From Algoriphagus sp. (GTDB taxonomy: Bacteria > Bacteroidota > Bacteroidia > Cytophagales > Cyclobacteriaceae), in assembly GCF_029254265.1 (NCBI RefSeq), contig NZ_JAQWXX010000048.1, forward strand, positions 27,256-91,255: a DNA stretch of 64,000 nt, written 5' to 3'. The translations under genes were made by a program, and so were the position numbers. Below the pieces are notes generated by a model, which was not told where the DNA came from, made no database searches, and was given only the letters and a program-made list of their open reading frames with translations. Below, one piece after another: positions 9,241 to 20,708 of this stretch (position 1 is its first letter; every line of letters starts with the position of its first letter).

Positions 9241-10044
9241 ATGAAAAAAATACTTTTACTCCTTTTAGCATCGGGTCTATTTTTTGAATCCTTTGCCCAA
9301 TCAGATTCTAAAATTTGGATCGGAATAGATGGCTCTTATTGGCAAAAATCAGTTAAATCTTCAGGTTTGGTAAGTTTAAAAAATGAGAATTTTGGAAGCT
9401 TACGCCCTATGGTCGGCTTGAGCCTCAATCAAAAATGGGACTTAGGAGTAATGGTAAGTTTCAATTCATACGTCGAAGAGATTTCACCATTGAGTTTGAC
9501 TACTTTTTCCTCCAATTTCAACGAGGATGGAATTTTGATTTCCCAAGATGCTCAGACTACCGTTTACCAGACTAGCATTGATAATCAGCTTTTTGGAGTT
9601 GGAATTTTCGCAAGAAGGCACTTCAGGTTGAATCAAAAATTTTCTTTTAATCTAAGCCCTTACATTTTAAGAGAATCTGGTGACTCCGGCACGATGGATT
9701 TTTATTTTCCTTATAACCTGACTTTCTATGACTATTGTTTAAACTGCCTTTCCATTTTTCCGGGACCGATTGAGGTCCCAATCAGTGAGGAAAATTGGAG
9801 ATTTGGTGTAGATGCAGCTTTTGCCTACCAAGCCTCTAATTGGCTGAAGCTAGAAATACGGGCAAATCTGCTCGAATTGAGAAAACAAACCCTAAGTGAT
9901 GAGCGAAATAACCTTACTAATGGATTGTCAGTTTTCGATCCTTTTCTTTCTGCCACACAAGGTTATTTTGGTAATTATTCAGACTTTGGCTCGGCAGTCA
10001 CTCGTGAAGGAATCCGCTTTGGGCTAGTCTTTACTCCCTTTTAA
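9241..10044 (+). CDS. Hypothetical outer-membrane beta-barrel protein
   Basis: Signal peptide, alternating amphipathic strands and C-terminal Phe. Confidence 0.55.
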   Translation: MKKILLLLLASGLFFESFAQSDSKIWIGIDGSYWQKSVKSSGLVSLKNENFGSLRPMVGLSLNQKWDLGVMVSFNSYVEEISPLSLTTFSSNFNEDGILISQDAQTTVYQTSIDNQLFGVGIFARRHFRLNQKFSFNLSPYILRESGDSGTMDFYFPYNLTFYDYCLNCLSIFPGPIEVPISEENWRFGVDAAFAYQASNWLKLEIRANLLELRKQTLSDERNNLTNGLSVFDPFLSATQGYFGNYSDFGSAVTREGIRFGLVFTPF

Positions 10045-10076
10045 ACTTTGCAATCGGTACACTCCGAAAGAAAAAC

Positions 10077-10084
10077 TACCTTTG
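10077..10084 (+). promoter_or_regulatory. Bacteroidota sigma-A -7 element TACCTTTG
   Basis: Matches TAnnTTTG 17 nt upstream of ATG 10102. Confidence 0.55.
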
Positions 10085-10101
10085 TGGAGAATTTTATTTC
10101 C

Positions 10102-11292
10102 ATGAAGCTACATAACAATACCATCCGCGGAGTTCATACCGCATTAAAAGCAATATTCGAAGAAGGACAATACGCTGACAAAGTCATCGAGCGTACCCTA
10201 AAATCCAACCCTAAATGGGGAGCGAGAGATCGTTCTTTCATCGCGGAGACGACTTACGAGATGGTGCGCTGGTGGAGATTGATCAATTACTTGAGTCCGT
10301 CAAAGGATTATTACGATCTATTTGGTACTTATTGGTTGATGCAGGGACATTCTCTTCCACCATGGGAGGAGTTTGCACGAATCAATCCCGACAAACTTCA
10401 AGACAAATACGAAAAGCTGGACGACCCAGCGAAACTGGAGTCTGTTCCAGATTGGCTTTTTGAAATGGGCAAAAAAGAATTGGGAGAAAAATGGGAGGCA
10501 GAAATCCATTCTTTGAATCAAGAAGCCCAGGTAGTTTTGAGAGTAAACACCTTAAAAACCACACGTGAGCGATTGAAAAATCGTTTGGCCGAGGATAATA
10601 TTTCAACTCACATCATCAAAGGCTATCCAGATGCATTGATCTTGGACGAGCGAGCGAATGTATTCCGTCATCCAACTTTCAAAGAAGGACTATTCGAAGT
10701 GCAAGATGCTTCTTCACAATTGGTAGCCGCAGCTTTGGCTGTAGAGCCAGGAATGCGTGTGATTGATGCCTGTGCTGGCGCCGGTGGAAAATCCCTTCAC
10801 ATTGCCGCTTTGATGCAGAATAAAGGGAAAGTCTTGTCCATGGATGTGGAAGAGTGGAAACTCCAGCAAACTAAGCTTCGCGCTAGAAGAGATGGTGTAT
10901 CCATCATCGAGCGGAAAGTAATAGAGGGTTCGAAAACAATCAAGCGATTAAAGGATACGGCAGACCGTTTATTGCTAGATGTACCTTGTTCAGGACTCGG
11001 AGTATTACGAAGAAACCCTGACACAAAATGGAAGCTTAGCGAAGAGTCCATCGAGAAAGTAAGGCAAACGCAGCAGGAAATTCTTCAATCCTATCCATCC
11101 ATGGTCAAGCCGGGTGGTCAAATGGTCTATGCGACCTGTAGCATTCTTCCTTCCGAAAATCAAGATCAGGTAGCTAAATTCTTGGCTTCAGAAGCAGGAA
11201 AAGATTTTGAATTAATTGAAGATCAAAAAGTACTGGCCCAAGAAAGTGGGTTTGACGGATTCTATATTGCTCGACTTCAAAAGAAAAAATAA
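10102..11292 (+). CDS. RsmB/NOP2-family RNA cytosine C5-methyltransferase
   Basis: NusB-like N-terminus; FEVQDASSQ, DACAGAGGKS, LDVPCSGLG and YATCS. Start moved from TTG 10048 to ATG 10102. Confidence 0.93.
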   Translation: MKLHNNTIRGVHTALKAIFEEGQYADKVIERTLKSNPKWGARDRSFIAETTYEMVRWWRLINYLSPSKDYYDLFGTYWLMQGHSLPPWEEFARINPDKLQDKYEKLDDPAKLESVPDWLFEMGKKELGEKWEAEIHSLNQEAQVVLRVNTLKTTRERLKNRLAEDNISTHIIKGYPDALILDERANVFRHPTFKEGLFEVQDASSQLVAAALAVEPGMRVIDACAGAGGKSLHIAALMQNKGKVLSMDVEEWKLQQTKLRARRDGVSIIERKVIEGSKTIKRLKDTADRLLLDVPCSGLGVLRRNPDTKWKLSEESIEKVRQTQQEILQSYPSMVKPGGQMVYATCSILPSENQDQVAKFLASEAGKDFELIEDQKVLAQESGFDGFYIARLQKKK

Positions 11293-11351
11293 TCATTTAA
11301 GTTTCTGATTTTCAAAAGGATATTTTTAACTTAGGTCTAAATTTTCTTAAA

Positions 11352-11804
11352 ATGGACTTAGAAATAATTTTTTCCATCGCAAATTCTCTTGCATTACTGA
11401 GTTGGATATTACTTTTTGTTTTGTACCAAAAACGATGGGTATATACTTTTCTTTTCTCTTTTGTATTTGTCTTTATGGCTTGTCTTTACCTATTCTTTAT
11501 TCTTCAAGGGATTGGTGGAGATTCGCAGGGTGGCTTTGACACCTTAGCGAATGTGAAACTACTTTTTGGAAAAGATGAGGCAGTTTTGGCAGGCTGGATC
11601 CACTATCTGGTATTTGATTTATTCACCGGTATGTGGATTTGTAATGATGGGGATAAGCGAGGAATAAATCGCTGGATTCTGCTTCCTTGTTTGGTCTTCA
11701 CCTTTATGCTAGGTCCCGCAGGGCTTCTGATCTATATTTTGATACGTGTCATTCACTTAAAAAAATACCCTCAGCATCCTTATGATCCGAAAATGGTTTC
11801 TTGA
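11352..11804 (+). CDS. ABA4-like (DUF4281) membrane protein
   Basis: LAGWIHYLVFDLFTG and LPCLVFTFMLGPAGLL motifs. Confidence 0.88.
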   Translation: MDLEIIFSIANSLALLSWILLFVLYQKRWVYTFLFSFVFVFMACLYLFFILQGIGGDSQGGFDTLANVKLLFGKDEAVLAGWIHYLVFDLFTGMWICNDGDKRGINRWILLPCLVFTFMLGPAGLLIYILIRVIHLKKYPQHPYDPKMVS

Positions 11805-12543
11805 ATTAAGGCGAAGAAATCGCTTATTGGCAGATACTGGCTTATTTTACCTTTTCGTTTTTATTGGATTAGCGATTCTCACTCTTTTTGATCCCAGAGA
11901 ATTATTGGGTGTGAGTGTATGGAATAAACCCTTAAAATTCTTTGTCTCCACAACTGTTTTATTTTGGACAATCGGTTGGATCATGGTGGATATTCCCAAT
12001 CAAAAAGCAGTAAAGTTTATTTCCAGAAGTGTATTTCTACTTCTGACAGGTGAACTTATCTTGATTTTTTACCAAGCTGTTCAGGGAAAACAATCTCATT
12101 TCAACATTTCCAGTCCGATTGACAGTGCAATTTTTGGCACGATGGGAATCCTGATTTTTTTGAATTCACTTTGCTTCATTTACCTCCTTTTTTTGATTTC
12201 AAAAGTAGAAACCCTTCCTGAAGGCTATAAAAGGGGAATTCAATTGGGATTGATAATATTTTTAATTGGGGGATATGAGGGTTATTTGATGGCCGGGAGG
12301 CTTAGTCATACCATTGGCGCAGCAGATGGGCAGGATGGCTATTTTTTCTTAGGTTGGACAAAAGCTTATGGAGATCTTCGGGTTTTTCACTTCTTGGGAT
12401 TACACGCTTTGCAAGTTTTATCCCTGACGGGCTGGTATTTCTTTAAAAACAAGCCTTGGAAAATTACACTTTTTGGCATTGTATATTTTTTGATGAGCTC
12501 GGGTATCTTATGGAAAAGTTTGCAGGGAAATAGTCTATTTTAA
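11782..12543 (+). CDS. Conserved multi-pass membrane protein coupled to the ABA4-like gene
   Basis: WNKPLKF, QSHFN, HTIGAADG and GDLRVFHFLGLHALQ; overlaps the upstream stop. Confidence 0.75.
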   Translation: MIRKWFLELRRRNRLLADTGLFYLFVFIGLAILTLFDPRELLGVSVWNKPLKFFVSTTVLFWTIGWIMVDIPNQKAVKFISRSVFLLLTGELILIFYQAVQGKQSHFNISSPIDSAIFGTMGILIFLNSLCFIYLLFLISKVETLPEGYKRGIQLGLIIFLIGGYEGYLMAGRLSHTIGAADGQDGYFFLGWTKAYGDLRVFHFLGLHALQVLSLTGWYFFKNKPWKITLFGIVYFLMSSGILWKSLQGNSLF

Positions 12544-12639
12544 GGCTGCAATCAAAATTTTTGTCTACTATCTTCAAGAAAAAGCCACTCATTCAAAATA
12601 AATTTTTGAATGGACTACGCCAGCTTCGGATTTTGTCTT

Positions 12640-12647
12640 TAACTTTG
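12640..12647 (+). promoter_or_regulatory. -7 promoter element TAACTTTG for guaB
   Basis: TAnnTTTG match 36 nt upstream of the ATG. Confidence 0.55.
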
Positions 12648-12671
12648 ACGGGCAAATAGGGTTACCTATAA

Positions 12672-14162
<1,491 letters not shown>

Positions 14163-14182
14163 GTTGAAAATTGCTTTCAACC

Positions 14183-14212
14183 AAAAAGACCAGTCTCGGC
14201 TGGTCTTTTTTT
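14183..14212. terminator. Bidirectional terminator guaB/GNAT
   Basis: AAAAAGACCAG-TCTCGG-CTGGTCTTTTT. Confidence 0.85.
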
Positions 14213-14216
14213 ATTT

Positions 14217-14696
14217 CTATTTTAATAAAGTCTTGATCTCGTAATCCTGAAGGTGGGCGTTCAACCATCCAGCTTCCAAAGTCGCATTGTAGTATTTTTT
14301 ATAAAAATTGATCGCTGGCTCATTCCAATCCAGTACTTGCCACATCATCCCGGTACAGCCTTCTTCCAGACCTTTCTCCATGATGCGATCAAACAATAAT
14401 TTACCAGCTCCTTGGGCTCTTTCAGATTCAGTGACGATCAAATCTTCAAGGTAAATACGTTTCCCTTTCCAAGTTGAATAGCGGTAGTAATAAATTGCTG
14501 TACCAATTATTTCACCAGAATCTTCTTTTTCACAAACAAAGAATCTAAAGACCGGATTGGGACCGAAACCATCTTTTTCCATCATCTCGACGGTGTTAAT
14601 GACTTGTTCAGGCGCTTTTTCATACACTGCGAGTTCGTAGATCAACTCTAAAACACGAGGCAAGTCCTCGATTTTTCCAGCTCGAATTAAAAACAT
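14217..14696 (-). CDS. GNAT N-acetyltransferase (diamine acetyltransferase/SSAT-like)
   Basis: YSTWKGKRIYLEDL and QVLDWNEPAINFY. Confidence 0.88.
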   Translation of the reverse strand: MFLIRAGKIEDLPRVLELIYELAVYEKAPEQVINTVEMMEKDGFGPNPVFRFFVCEKEDSGEIIGTAIYYYRYSTWKGKRIYLEDLIVTESERAQGAGKLLFDRIMEKGLEEGCTGMMWQVLDWNEPAINFYKKYYNATLEAGWLNAHLQDYEIKTLLK

Positions 14697-14767
14697 TTGA
14701 TAAGGGGTTGAATTGAATTTTGGATTTTATATGAAGGAAAGGCTAAATTTAGCGAAAACCAAGGTAT

Positions 14768-15538
14768 ATGTTTTTAGCGATTGACGCGGGGAATTCCAAT
14801 GTAGTTTTTGCTCTTTATGACAGAAGAGAAAACCGATGGAAAAATCAATTCCGCCTCGAAACAAATTTTGAAACGCTAGGAATTCAGCTCAGCAAAAAAG
14901 TCCCGCTCTATTTTTTAGAGCATGGAATTGGACCACAGGATATTTCCCAAATAGGTTATAGCTCAGTAGTCCCTGAAATCAATAAGATCATCACTGACTT
15001 TTGCGTAAACTTTTTAGGCAAAAAACCCTACCTCATTTCTGCAAAAAGCTATTCGAAGCTTCCAGTCAAAACAAGCAGGCCACAAGAAATGGGAACTGAC
15101 CTGATGTGTAATGTGATGGCAGGATTTAAAAGATTTCAAAGACCTGTAATTATCGTCGATTTTGGAACGGCGCTTACCTTTACTGTAATCAATGAAAACG
15201 GCGAAGTGCTTGGGGTCAATATCGTTCCTGGGATCAAAACAGCTATTAAATCACTTTTTTCCAATACTTCCAAACTCCCGGAAGTTGCTCTGAAAGTCCC
15301 CGAATCGGCCATCGGGAAAAATACGATACACGCAATTCAGGCAGGGATTTTTTATGGCTATAGTAGCTTGATCAAAGGTATGCTGGAAACCATCAGTCAG
15401 GAAGCAAAGCTGGAATTCAAAGTAATCGCAACCGGAGGATTATCCGCAGTCTTGACACCATTGGAGAAAATTTTCGATGAGGTGGATCGAAATCTTACAC
15501 TGGAAGGATTAAGACTAATCACCGAAGCAAATACTTAA
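14768..15538 (+). CDS. coaX: Type III pantothenate kinase
   Basis: LAIDAGNSN, SSVVP, VDFGTALT and ATGG. Confidence 0.93.
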   Translation: MFLAIDAGNSNVVFALYDRRENRWKNQFRLETNFETLGIQLSKKVPLYFLEHGIGPQDISQIGYSSVVPEINKIITDFCVNFLGKKPYLISAKSYSKLPVKTSRPQEMGTDLMCNVMAGFKRFQRPVIIVDFGTALTFTVINENGEVLGVNIVPGIKTAIKSLFSNTSKLPEVALKVPESAIGKNTIHAIQAGIFYGYSSLIKGMLETISQEAKLEFKVIATGGLSAVLTPLEKIFDEVDRNLTLEGLRLITEANT

Positions 15539-16206
15539 TCCAAAACTTCACAGTTCAAGACCAGATTGGGATTAGGACAATTTTCAGAATAATAGTCTAA
15601 CTCCCGCTTGGCACAGACGCCTGGATAATCACCAAATTTCTCGCCCAATTCCCACATCAATTGAAAGTGTAAATGTGGTGGCCAATCTCCATTTTCTGGG
15701 AATGGACCGACATGGCAGAGAACTGTTCCTGCTTTGACTTCTTGGCCCTTTTCAAAAAGCTGCAAATCTGTTTTGGTCAAATGCCCATAAAGTGAATACA
15801 GTGTCTTACCATTCAGACTATGCTTCAAGATGATAGTTGGGCCATAATCACCAAAACCTTCATTATCCTGAATCGAAAAAATCTTCCCATCCAAAGGTGC
15901 ATAAACTGCTGCGCCAGCAGTCGTCCAAATATCCACTCCCAAATGAATATTACGAAAGTCAGCATCCGAAGTCTCAAATCGCTCACTTCTACGATAAATA
16001 GCCCGATGCTCGAGATAACCACCTACTCCGTAAGTCTTACTAGACCCTTTCAACTGGTCAAAAACAAACTCATTGAATACTGCAGTATTCCCCAAATCCA
16101 CATTTTCCAATTCCTTATTTGCAGGACTGAAATCCAGTTTCATCGTATTCTTGCTATTCAGCGACTCTCCCATGATCGGGTAAAAATCAATCTCATTCCA
16201 ATTCAT
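15535..16206 (-). CDS. M23-family metallopeptidase domain protein, no signal peptide
   Basis: IHLGVD (HxxxD), YSLYGHL and DWPPHLHFQ (HxH). Confidence 0.85.
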   Translation of the reverse strand: MNWNEIDFYPIMGESLNSKNTMKLDFSPANKELENVDLGNTAVFNEFVFDQLKGSSKTYGVGGYLEHRAIYRRSERFETSDADFRNIHLGVDIWTTAGAAVYAPLDGKIFSIQDNEGFGDYGPTIILKHSLNGKTLYSLYGHLTKTDLQLFEKGQEVKAGTVLCHVGPFPENGDWPPHLHFQLMWELGEKFGDYPGVCAKRELDYYSENCPNPNLVLNCEVLD

Positions 16207-16303
16207 GCCCGAAGATTTAAAAAATAATTGAAAGCCCTAAATCATCTGACGAGAATCTATCCCTTAACATTTCATAGGCAAAAAGAAATTCCTACTTTTC
16301 GAC

Positions 16304-17257
16304 ATGGAAAACACCCACTTCCCTTCACTGAACGACATTCGATTTGCCGCAGTTCGGATCAAATCATTTATTCATAAAACTCCAATCTTGACCAATTCCA
16401 CCATCAATGAGATGGCAGGTTGTGAGATTTATTTCAAATGTGAAAACTTCCAGAAGGTTGGAGCTTTCAAAGCTCGTGGCGCTGCAAACGCGGTCATGAA
16501 ACTAACTGATGAGCAAAAGAAAAAGGGTGTAGCCACGCATAGTAGCGGAAATCATGCTGCTGCACTTGCCCGTGCTGCAACTGTGGCTGGAATACCTTCT
16601 TACATCGTGATGCCTTCCAATGCACCGGAGATTAAGAAAAAAGCAGTGAAGGGCTATGGTGGAGAAATTATTGAGTGTGAACCTAATCTCAAAGCACGTG
16701 AGACTACGCTTGAAGCGGTCGTAAAACGTACCGGAGCGACATTTATTCCTCCTTATGATTTTATGGATGTGATCGAAGGGCAAGCAACTTGCGCATTGGA
16801 ATTTCATGAGGAACAGGATGACCTGGAAATTATCATGGCTCCTGTGGGCGGGGGTGGCCTTTTGGGTGGAACAGCCTTACTTACCCATCATTGGGATCCT
16901 GAAATAGAGGTGATCGGTGCGGAACCTGCAGGTGCAGATGATGCCTATCGCTCCTTCCATGCAGGTAAAATTATTCCACAAACAGGCCCAAACACCATTG
17001 CCGATGGATTACTCACTTCTCTTGGAGTTCTGAATTTTGAACTGATCCAGAAGTATGTGTCTGATATCCTTTTAGCGACAGATCCACAGATTATCGCCGC
17101 TATGCGCCTGATCTATGAACGAATGAAGATTATCATCGAACCTTCCTGCGCAGTACCGCTTGCTGCCTTGTTGGCAAATAAAGAGCGCTTCAAAGGAAAA
17201 AAAGTAGGAATTATCCTATCCGGTGGAAATGTGGATTTAGGGAAATTACCTTTTTGA
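16304..17257 (+). CDS. PLP-dependent serine/threonine dehydratase or serine racemase-like enzyme
   Basis: FKCENFQKVGAFKARG, SSGNH, PVGGGGL, EPSCA and ILSGGN. Confidence 0.9.
   Translation: MENTHFPSLNDIRFAAVRIKSFIHKTPILTNSTINEMAGCEIYFKCENFQKVGAFKARGAANAVMKLTDEQKKKGVATHSSGNHAAALARAATVAGIPSYIVMPSNAPEIKKKAVKGYGGEIIECEPNLKARETTLEAVVKRTGATFIPPYDFMDVIEGQATCALEFHEEQDDLEIIMAPVGGGGLLGGTALLTHHWDPEIEVIGAEPAGADDAYRSFHAGKIIPQTGPNTIADGLLTSLGVLNFELIQKYVSDILLATDPQIIAAMRLIYERMKIIIEPSCAVPLAALLANKERFKGKKVGIILSGGNVDLGKLPF
17208..17257 (+). repeat. Direct repeat A (3' 50 bp of the dehydratase; att-like)
   Basis: 46/50 identical to 22660-22709. Confidence 0.92.
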
Positions 17258-17284
17258 TAAAGACTAAAGAGCAATTTGACAAAA

Positions 17285-17533
17285 TCACTTTTTCACCTTC
17301 TTTTCCAAATAAGCCAATAAGGATTTGAGATTACTGGTTTTTCCATAGTCCTCTTCAGGGATATCTACATTCAGTTTCTCGCTAATTGACACGATAAACT
17401 GAAGAGCATCAAAAGAATCGATATTTAGTGCTTCTCGGATATTCTCTTCGGGCATCAGCTGCGAGGGGTCTGTCTCTGGGGCAATCCTTTGCAATAATTG
17501 AAAAACTGTTTTCTTGATTTCTTCCTCGGTCAT
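17285..17533 (-). CDS. Acyl carrier protein
   Basis: 82 aa, acidic; LNIDSFD phosphopantetheine Ser motif; ATGA overlap with the E2 stop. Confidence 0.88.
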   Translation of the reverse strand: MTEEEIKKTVFQLLQRIAPETDPSQLMPEENIREALNIDSFDALQFIVSISEKLNVDIPEEDYGKTSNLKSLLAYLEKKVKK

Positions 17534-18738
17534 AATTCTTCGGGATTTTGTAAGTGTCTATTGAGTGCTGCTAAAAACTTGCTTCCTATTAATCCATCCG
17601 TAGCACGATGATCTGCTGCCAAAGTCACGTCTACAACTGGCCGAATTCCCAACATGCCTTCGTCGGCAAATGGCTGCTCGCTGATTTCTCCAAAACCGAC
17701 AATCCCAACCTGTGGCGGATAAATCAGTCCAAAGACTTTATCCGCTCCTCCTTCTCCGATGCTAGTGATGGTAAATGTGGACTGACTGAGCTCTGAGCTT
17801 CTCAATTTGAAGGCTCGTGCTCTAGGGATAAGATCGTTGAGGTTTTCCATGATTTCGTCCACAGATTTCGAATCTGTCTGAAGGATAGCCGGAACGACAA
17901 TCCCACCAGATCTCAAGGAAACCACAAAACCTATATTGATTTCGTTTTTCCGCTGAAGCCCATTTTCCCATGTTGCATTGAGATCCGGAACTTCATCCAA
18001 TGCTTTTGCTACTGCTTTGATCAAAAGAGCAACAGGTAATAGACGCTTTTGAATCGGCAGCTCTTTGTTGGCTTCCTTCACCCAATCCATGGCTTTGGAC
18101 ATGTCCATCCTTTTTTCCAGATAGTAATGAGGAATCTCGCGGTTGGACTTACTCATGGCAGCAGCCACAGCCATCCGCACAGCATTGGCATTTGCCGTAA
18201 CAGGTTTTGCTGAAATTTCTTTTATTTCCTCTGTTTTCTTTTCAACTTCTTGAGTTGGCTTTTCCCCTTCGGAAATAGCCTCTTCAACGTCTTTTTTCAC
18301 AATCGACCCCTCGGGACCTGTTCCTTTCAACAAGGAAATATCAACCTGATTAGCCTCAGCAATTTTCCTTGCCAAAGGGGAAATCTTTATTCTCTCTCCT
18401 TCTTCAGTTTTCTCATGAGGTGTTTCTGTCTTTTCCTCAATAGGATGAATTTCCGGTTTTTGAGCTTCCTCAGCAGGAATAACAGATTCGGAAACTTCAG
18501 CTTTTCCGTCATTGATCAAAGCCAAAACGGTACCGACAGGAACCTTTTCTCCTTCTTTCACCAGAAGCTTTTCTAAGGTTCCTTCCTCAAAAACCTCTAT
18601 TTCTATCAAGCCTTTTTGCGTTTCCACATCAGCAATAATATCACCTCGATGGAGGACTTCGCCAGTTTGTTTTCTCCATTCAACCAACGTACCGGCTTCC
18701 ATATCTGCACCCAAATTGGGCATTTGAAACTTGATCAT
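17530..18738 (-). CDS. pdhC: 2-oxoacid dehydrogenase E2 (dihydrolipoamide acyltransferase)
   Basis: Lipoyl domain (VETQKG), subunit-binding domain ([14 protein letters not shown]) and DHRATDG catalytic motif. Confidence 0.9.
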   Translation of the reverse strand: MIKFQMPNLGADMEAGTLVEWRKQTGEVLHRGDIIADVETQKGLIEIEVFEEGTLEKLLVKEGEKVPVGTVLALINDGKAEVSESVIPAEEAQKPEIHPIEEKTETPHEKTEEGERIKISPLARKIAEANQVDISLLKGTGPEGSIVKKDVEEAISEGEKPTQEVEKKTEEIKEISAKPVTANANAVRMAVAAAMSKSNREIPHYYLEKRMDMSKAMDWVKEANKELPIQKRLLPVALLIKAVAKALDEVPDLNATWENGLQRKNEINIGFVVSLRSGGIVVPAILQTDSKSVDEIMENLNDLIPRARAFKLRSSELSQSTFTITSIGEGGADKVFGLIYPPQVGIVGFGEISEQPFADEGMLGIRPVVDVTLAADHRATDGLIGSKFLAALNRHLQNPEEL

Positions 18739-19721
18739 GGCTTTAGCATTTTTTTAACCTTTTCTAAAATATCCGATACTTGAGGAACAGAAGCATCTTC
18801 CAAATGCTTGGGATACGGAATTGGCACCTCCACACCGCAGAGTCTTTCTACAGGCCCATCCAAATCAAAAAAGGCTTTTTCCATAATTCTGGAAATCACT
18901 TCAGATGAAATACTGACCGATTTCCATGCTTCTTCTACAACTAGCGCTCGATGTGTCTTTTTCACGGAATTCAGGAAAGTCTCCTCATCCATCGGCCTCA
19001 ACACTCTCAAATCAATCACTTCGGCATCAATTCCTTCTTCTCCCAGCGCTTCGGCCGCTTCCAAGCATTTGTAAACTCCCGCACCGTAGGTGATCAGCGA
19101 AATATCTTTTCCTTCGCGAAGGACCTTGGCTTTTTTGATCTCGACAGCTCCTGCATCTGCTGGGATTTCTTTCTCCAGATTCAGCATGAAGGTATATTCA
19201 AAAATGACTACCGGATCAGGACTTTGCATGGCAGAAAGCAACATCCCTCTTGCATCTTCATGGGTACCTACGGAAAGCACAATCAATCCCGGCACATGGG
19301 CAAAAAACGGTTCCCAACTATGGGAATGCTGCGCCGCCAACTGACGACCTATGCCACAACCCATTCGAATCACCACTGGAACATTCAACTGTCCGCCAGA
19401 CATATGGAGAAGAGTCGAAGCATTGTTGACTATTTGATCCATAGCGAGAAGACTGAAATTGACCGTCATCACTTCCACTATTGGCTTCATCCCGGCAAGG
19501 GCAGCCCCAATTCCCGCACCGGTAAATCCGGATTCTGACAGCGGCACATCCATAATCCGATCTGCTCCAAATTCCTTCAACAATCCTTTACTCACGGCGA
19601 ATGCTCCACCATAATTCCCCACATCCTCACCCATTAGGAAAACCCGTTCATCTTTTTGCATGACTTCTCGAATAGCTTGTTTGATAGCCTCTCGGTAAGT
19701 TATTTTGATCATGTCGCTCAT
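18735..19721 (-). CDS. pdhB: 2-oxoacid dehydrogenase E1 beta
   Basis: [22 protein letters not shown] and AQHSHS. Confidence 0.92.
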   Translation of the reverse strand: MSDMIKITYREAIKQAIREVMQKDERVFLMGEDVGNYGGAFAVSKGLLKEFGADRIMDVPLSESGFTGAGIGAALAGMKPIVEVMTVNFSLLAMDQIVNNASTLLHMSGGQLNVPVVIRMGCGIGRQLAAQHSHSWEPFFAHVPGLIVLSVGTHEDARGMLLSAMQSPDPVVIFEYTFMLNLEKEIPADAGAVEIKKAKVLREGKDISLITYGAGVYKCLEAAEALGEEGIDAEVIDLRVLRPMDEETFLNSVKKTHRALVVEEAWKSVSISSEVISRIMEKAFFDLDGPVERLCGVEVPIPYPKHLEDASVPQVSDILEKVKKMLKP

Positions 19722-20704
19722 ATCGATTCTGTTTCAGAGTATACAAATCGCGTCAGGTTTTCAGTATCTTCCCAAGTTCCGTTTTCTGCAAACTCAATCG
19801 CTTCTTGAATCTGTGCATCCGCAGCTTTTTCGATTTCGGTTATTTTCTTAGCCGTAATGAGTTTTCCCTTCAGTAAAAATTCCTGAAACTTTGGAATCGG
19901 ATCTTTCTTTTTCCACTCCTCTACCTCCGATTTTTCCCGATATAATTCAGCATCAAACATGGAATGCGCTCGAAATCGATAGGTATTACAAACCAAAAAA
20001 TAGGGCTTCCCTTTTTCCTTGATCGTCTTCACCGCTTTTGCTGTGGCTTCCATCACTGCCAAAAGATCCATCCCGTCTACTGCTGCTGATTCAATGCCAT
20101 AAGCAGGACCCTTTTTCTCCAATTGCTGTACAGAATGGGTTAATTTGATTGCAGTACCCATCGCGTAAAGGTTATTTTCACAAACAAAAAGCACAGGAAC
20201 TTCCCATAATGCGGCTAAATTCATTGACTCATGAAACTCACCTTCTGCTGCAGCTCCCTCGCCAAAAAAGCAACAAGTCACATTATTTTTCTTTTGCTTT
20301 TTTGCTGCCAAAGCCATTCCCACCGCCAATGGCAAATGCCCGCAGACGATTGCATTTCCTCCAAAAAAATTCTTGGTCGCGTCAAAAAGATGCATGGATC
20401 CTCCACGGCCTTTGCTGCAACCTTCTTGCTTTCCATACATCTCCGCCATAATTGCATTAGGATCGACTCCTCTCGCTAGCGCATGTCCATGCTCCCGATA
20501 AGTACAAAGAAGATTATCCTCTTCAGTTAATGCTTGAATAACGCCAACAGCAACTGCCTCCTCACCCGTATAGAGATGCAAGAATCCCCGTATTTTGGAC
20601 TTGGTATATTCTTCAGCAGATTTCTCTTCAAACCTGCGAATGAGTATCATTTGCTGCAAAAGCCTTTGGCCTTCTTTAGCATCTAATTTTTGCTTCTTCT
20701 CCAT
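19718..20704 (-). CDS. pdhA: 2-oxoacid dehydrogenase E1 alpha
   Basis: [28 protein letters not shown]...ENN and YRFRAHS. Start moved to ATG 20704, 4 nt after the acsA stop. Confidence 0.92.
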   Translation of the reverse strand: MEKKQKLDAKEGQRLLQQMILIRRFEEKSAEEYTKSKIRGFLHLYTGEEAVAVGVIQALTEEDNLLCTYREHGHALARGVDPNAIMAEMYGKQEGCSKGRGGSMHLFDATKNFFGGNAIVCGHLPLAVGMALAAKKQKKNNVTCCFFGEGAAAEGEFHESMNLAALWEVPVLFVCENNLYAMGTAIKLTHSVQQLEKKGPAYGIESAAVDGMDLLAVMEATAKAVKTIKEKGKPYFLVCNTYRFRAHSMFDAELYREKSEVEEWKKKDPIPKFQEFLLKGKLITAKKITEIEKAADAQIQEAIEFAENGTWEDTENLTRFVYSETESI

Positions 20705-20708
20705 GATT

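Noticed and set aside
12588-12615. Hairpin upstream of guaB as a purine riboswitch
   Set aside because: It lies upstream of the predicted -7 box and shows no purine aptamer core; more likely the end structure of the upstream operon.
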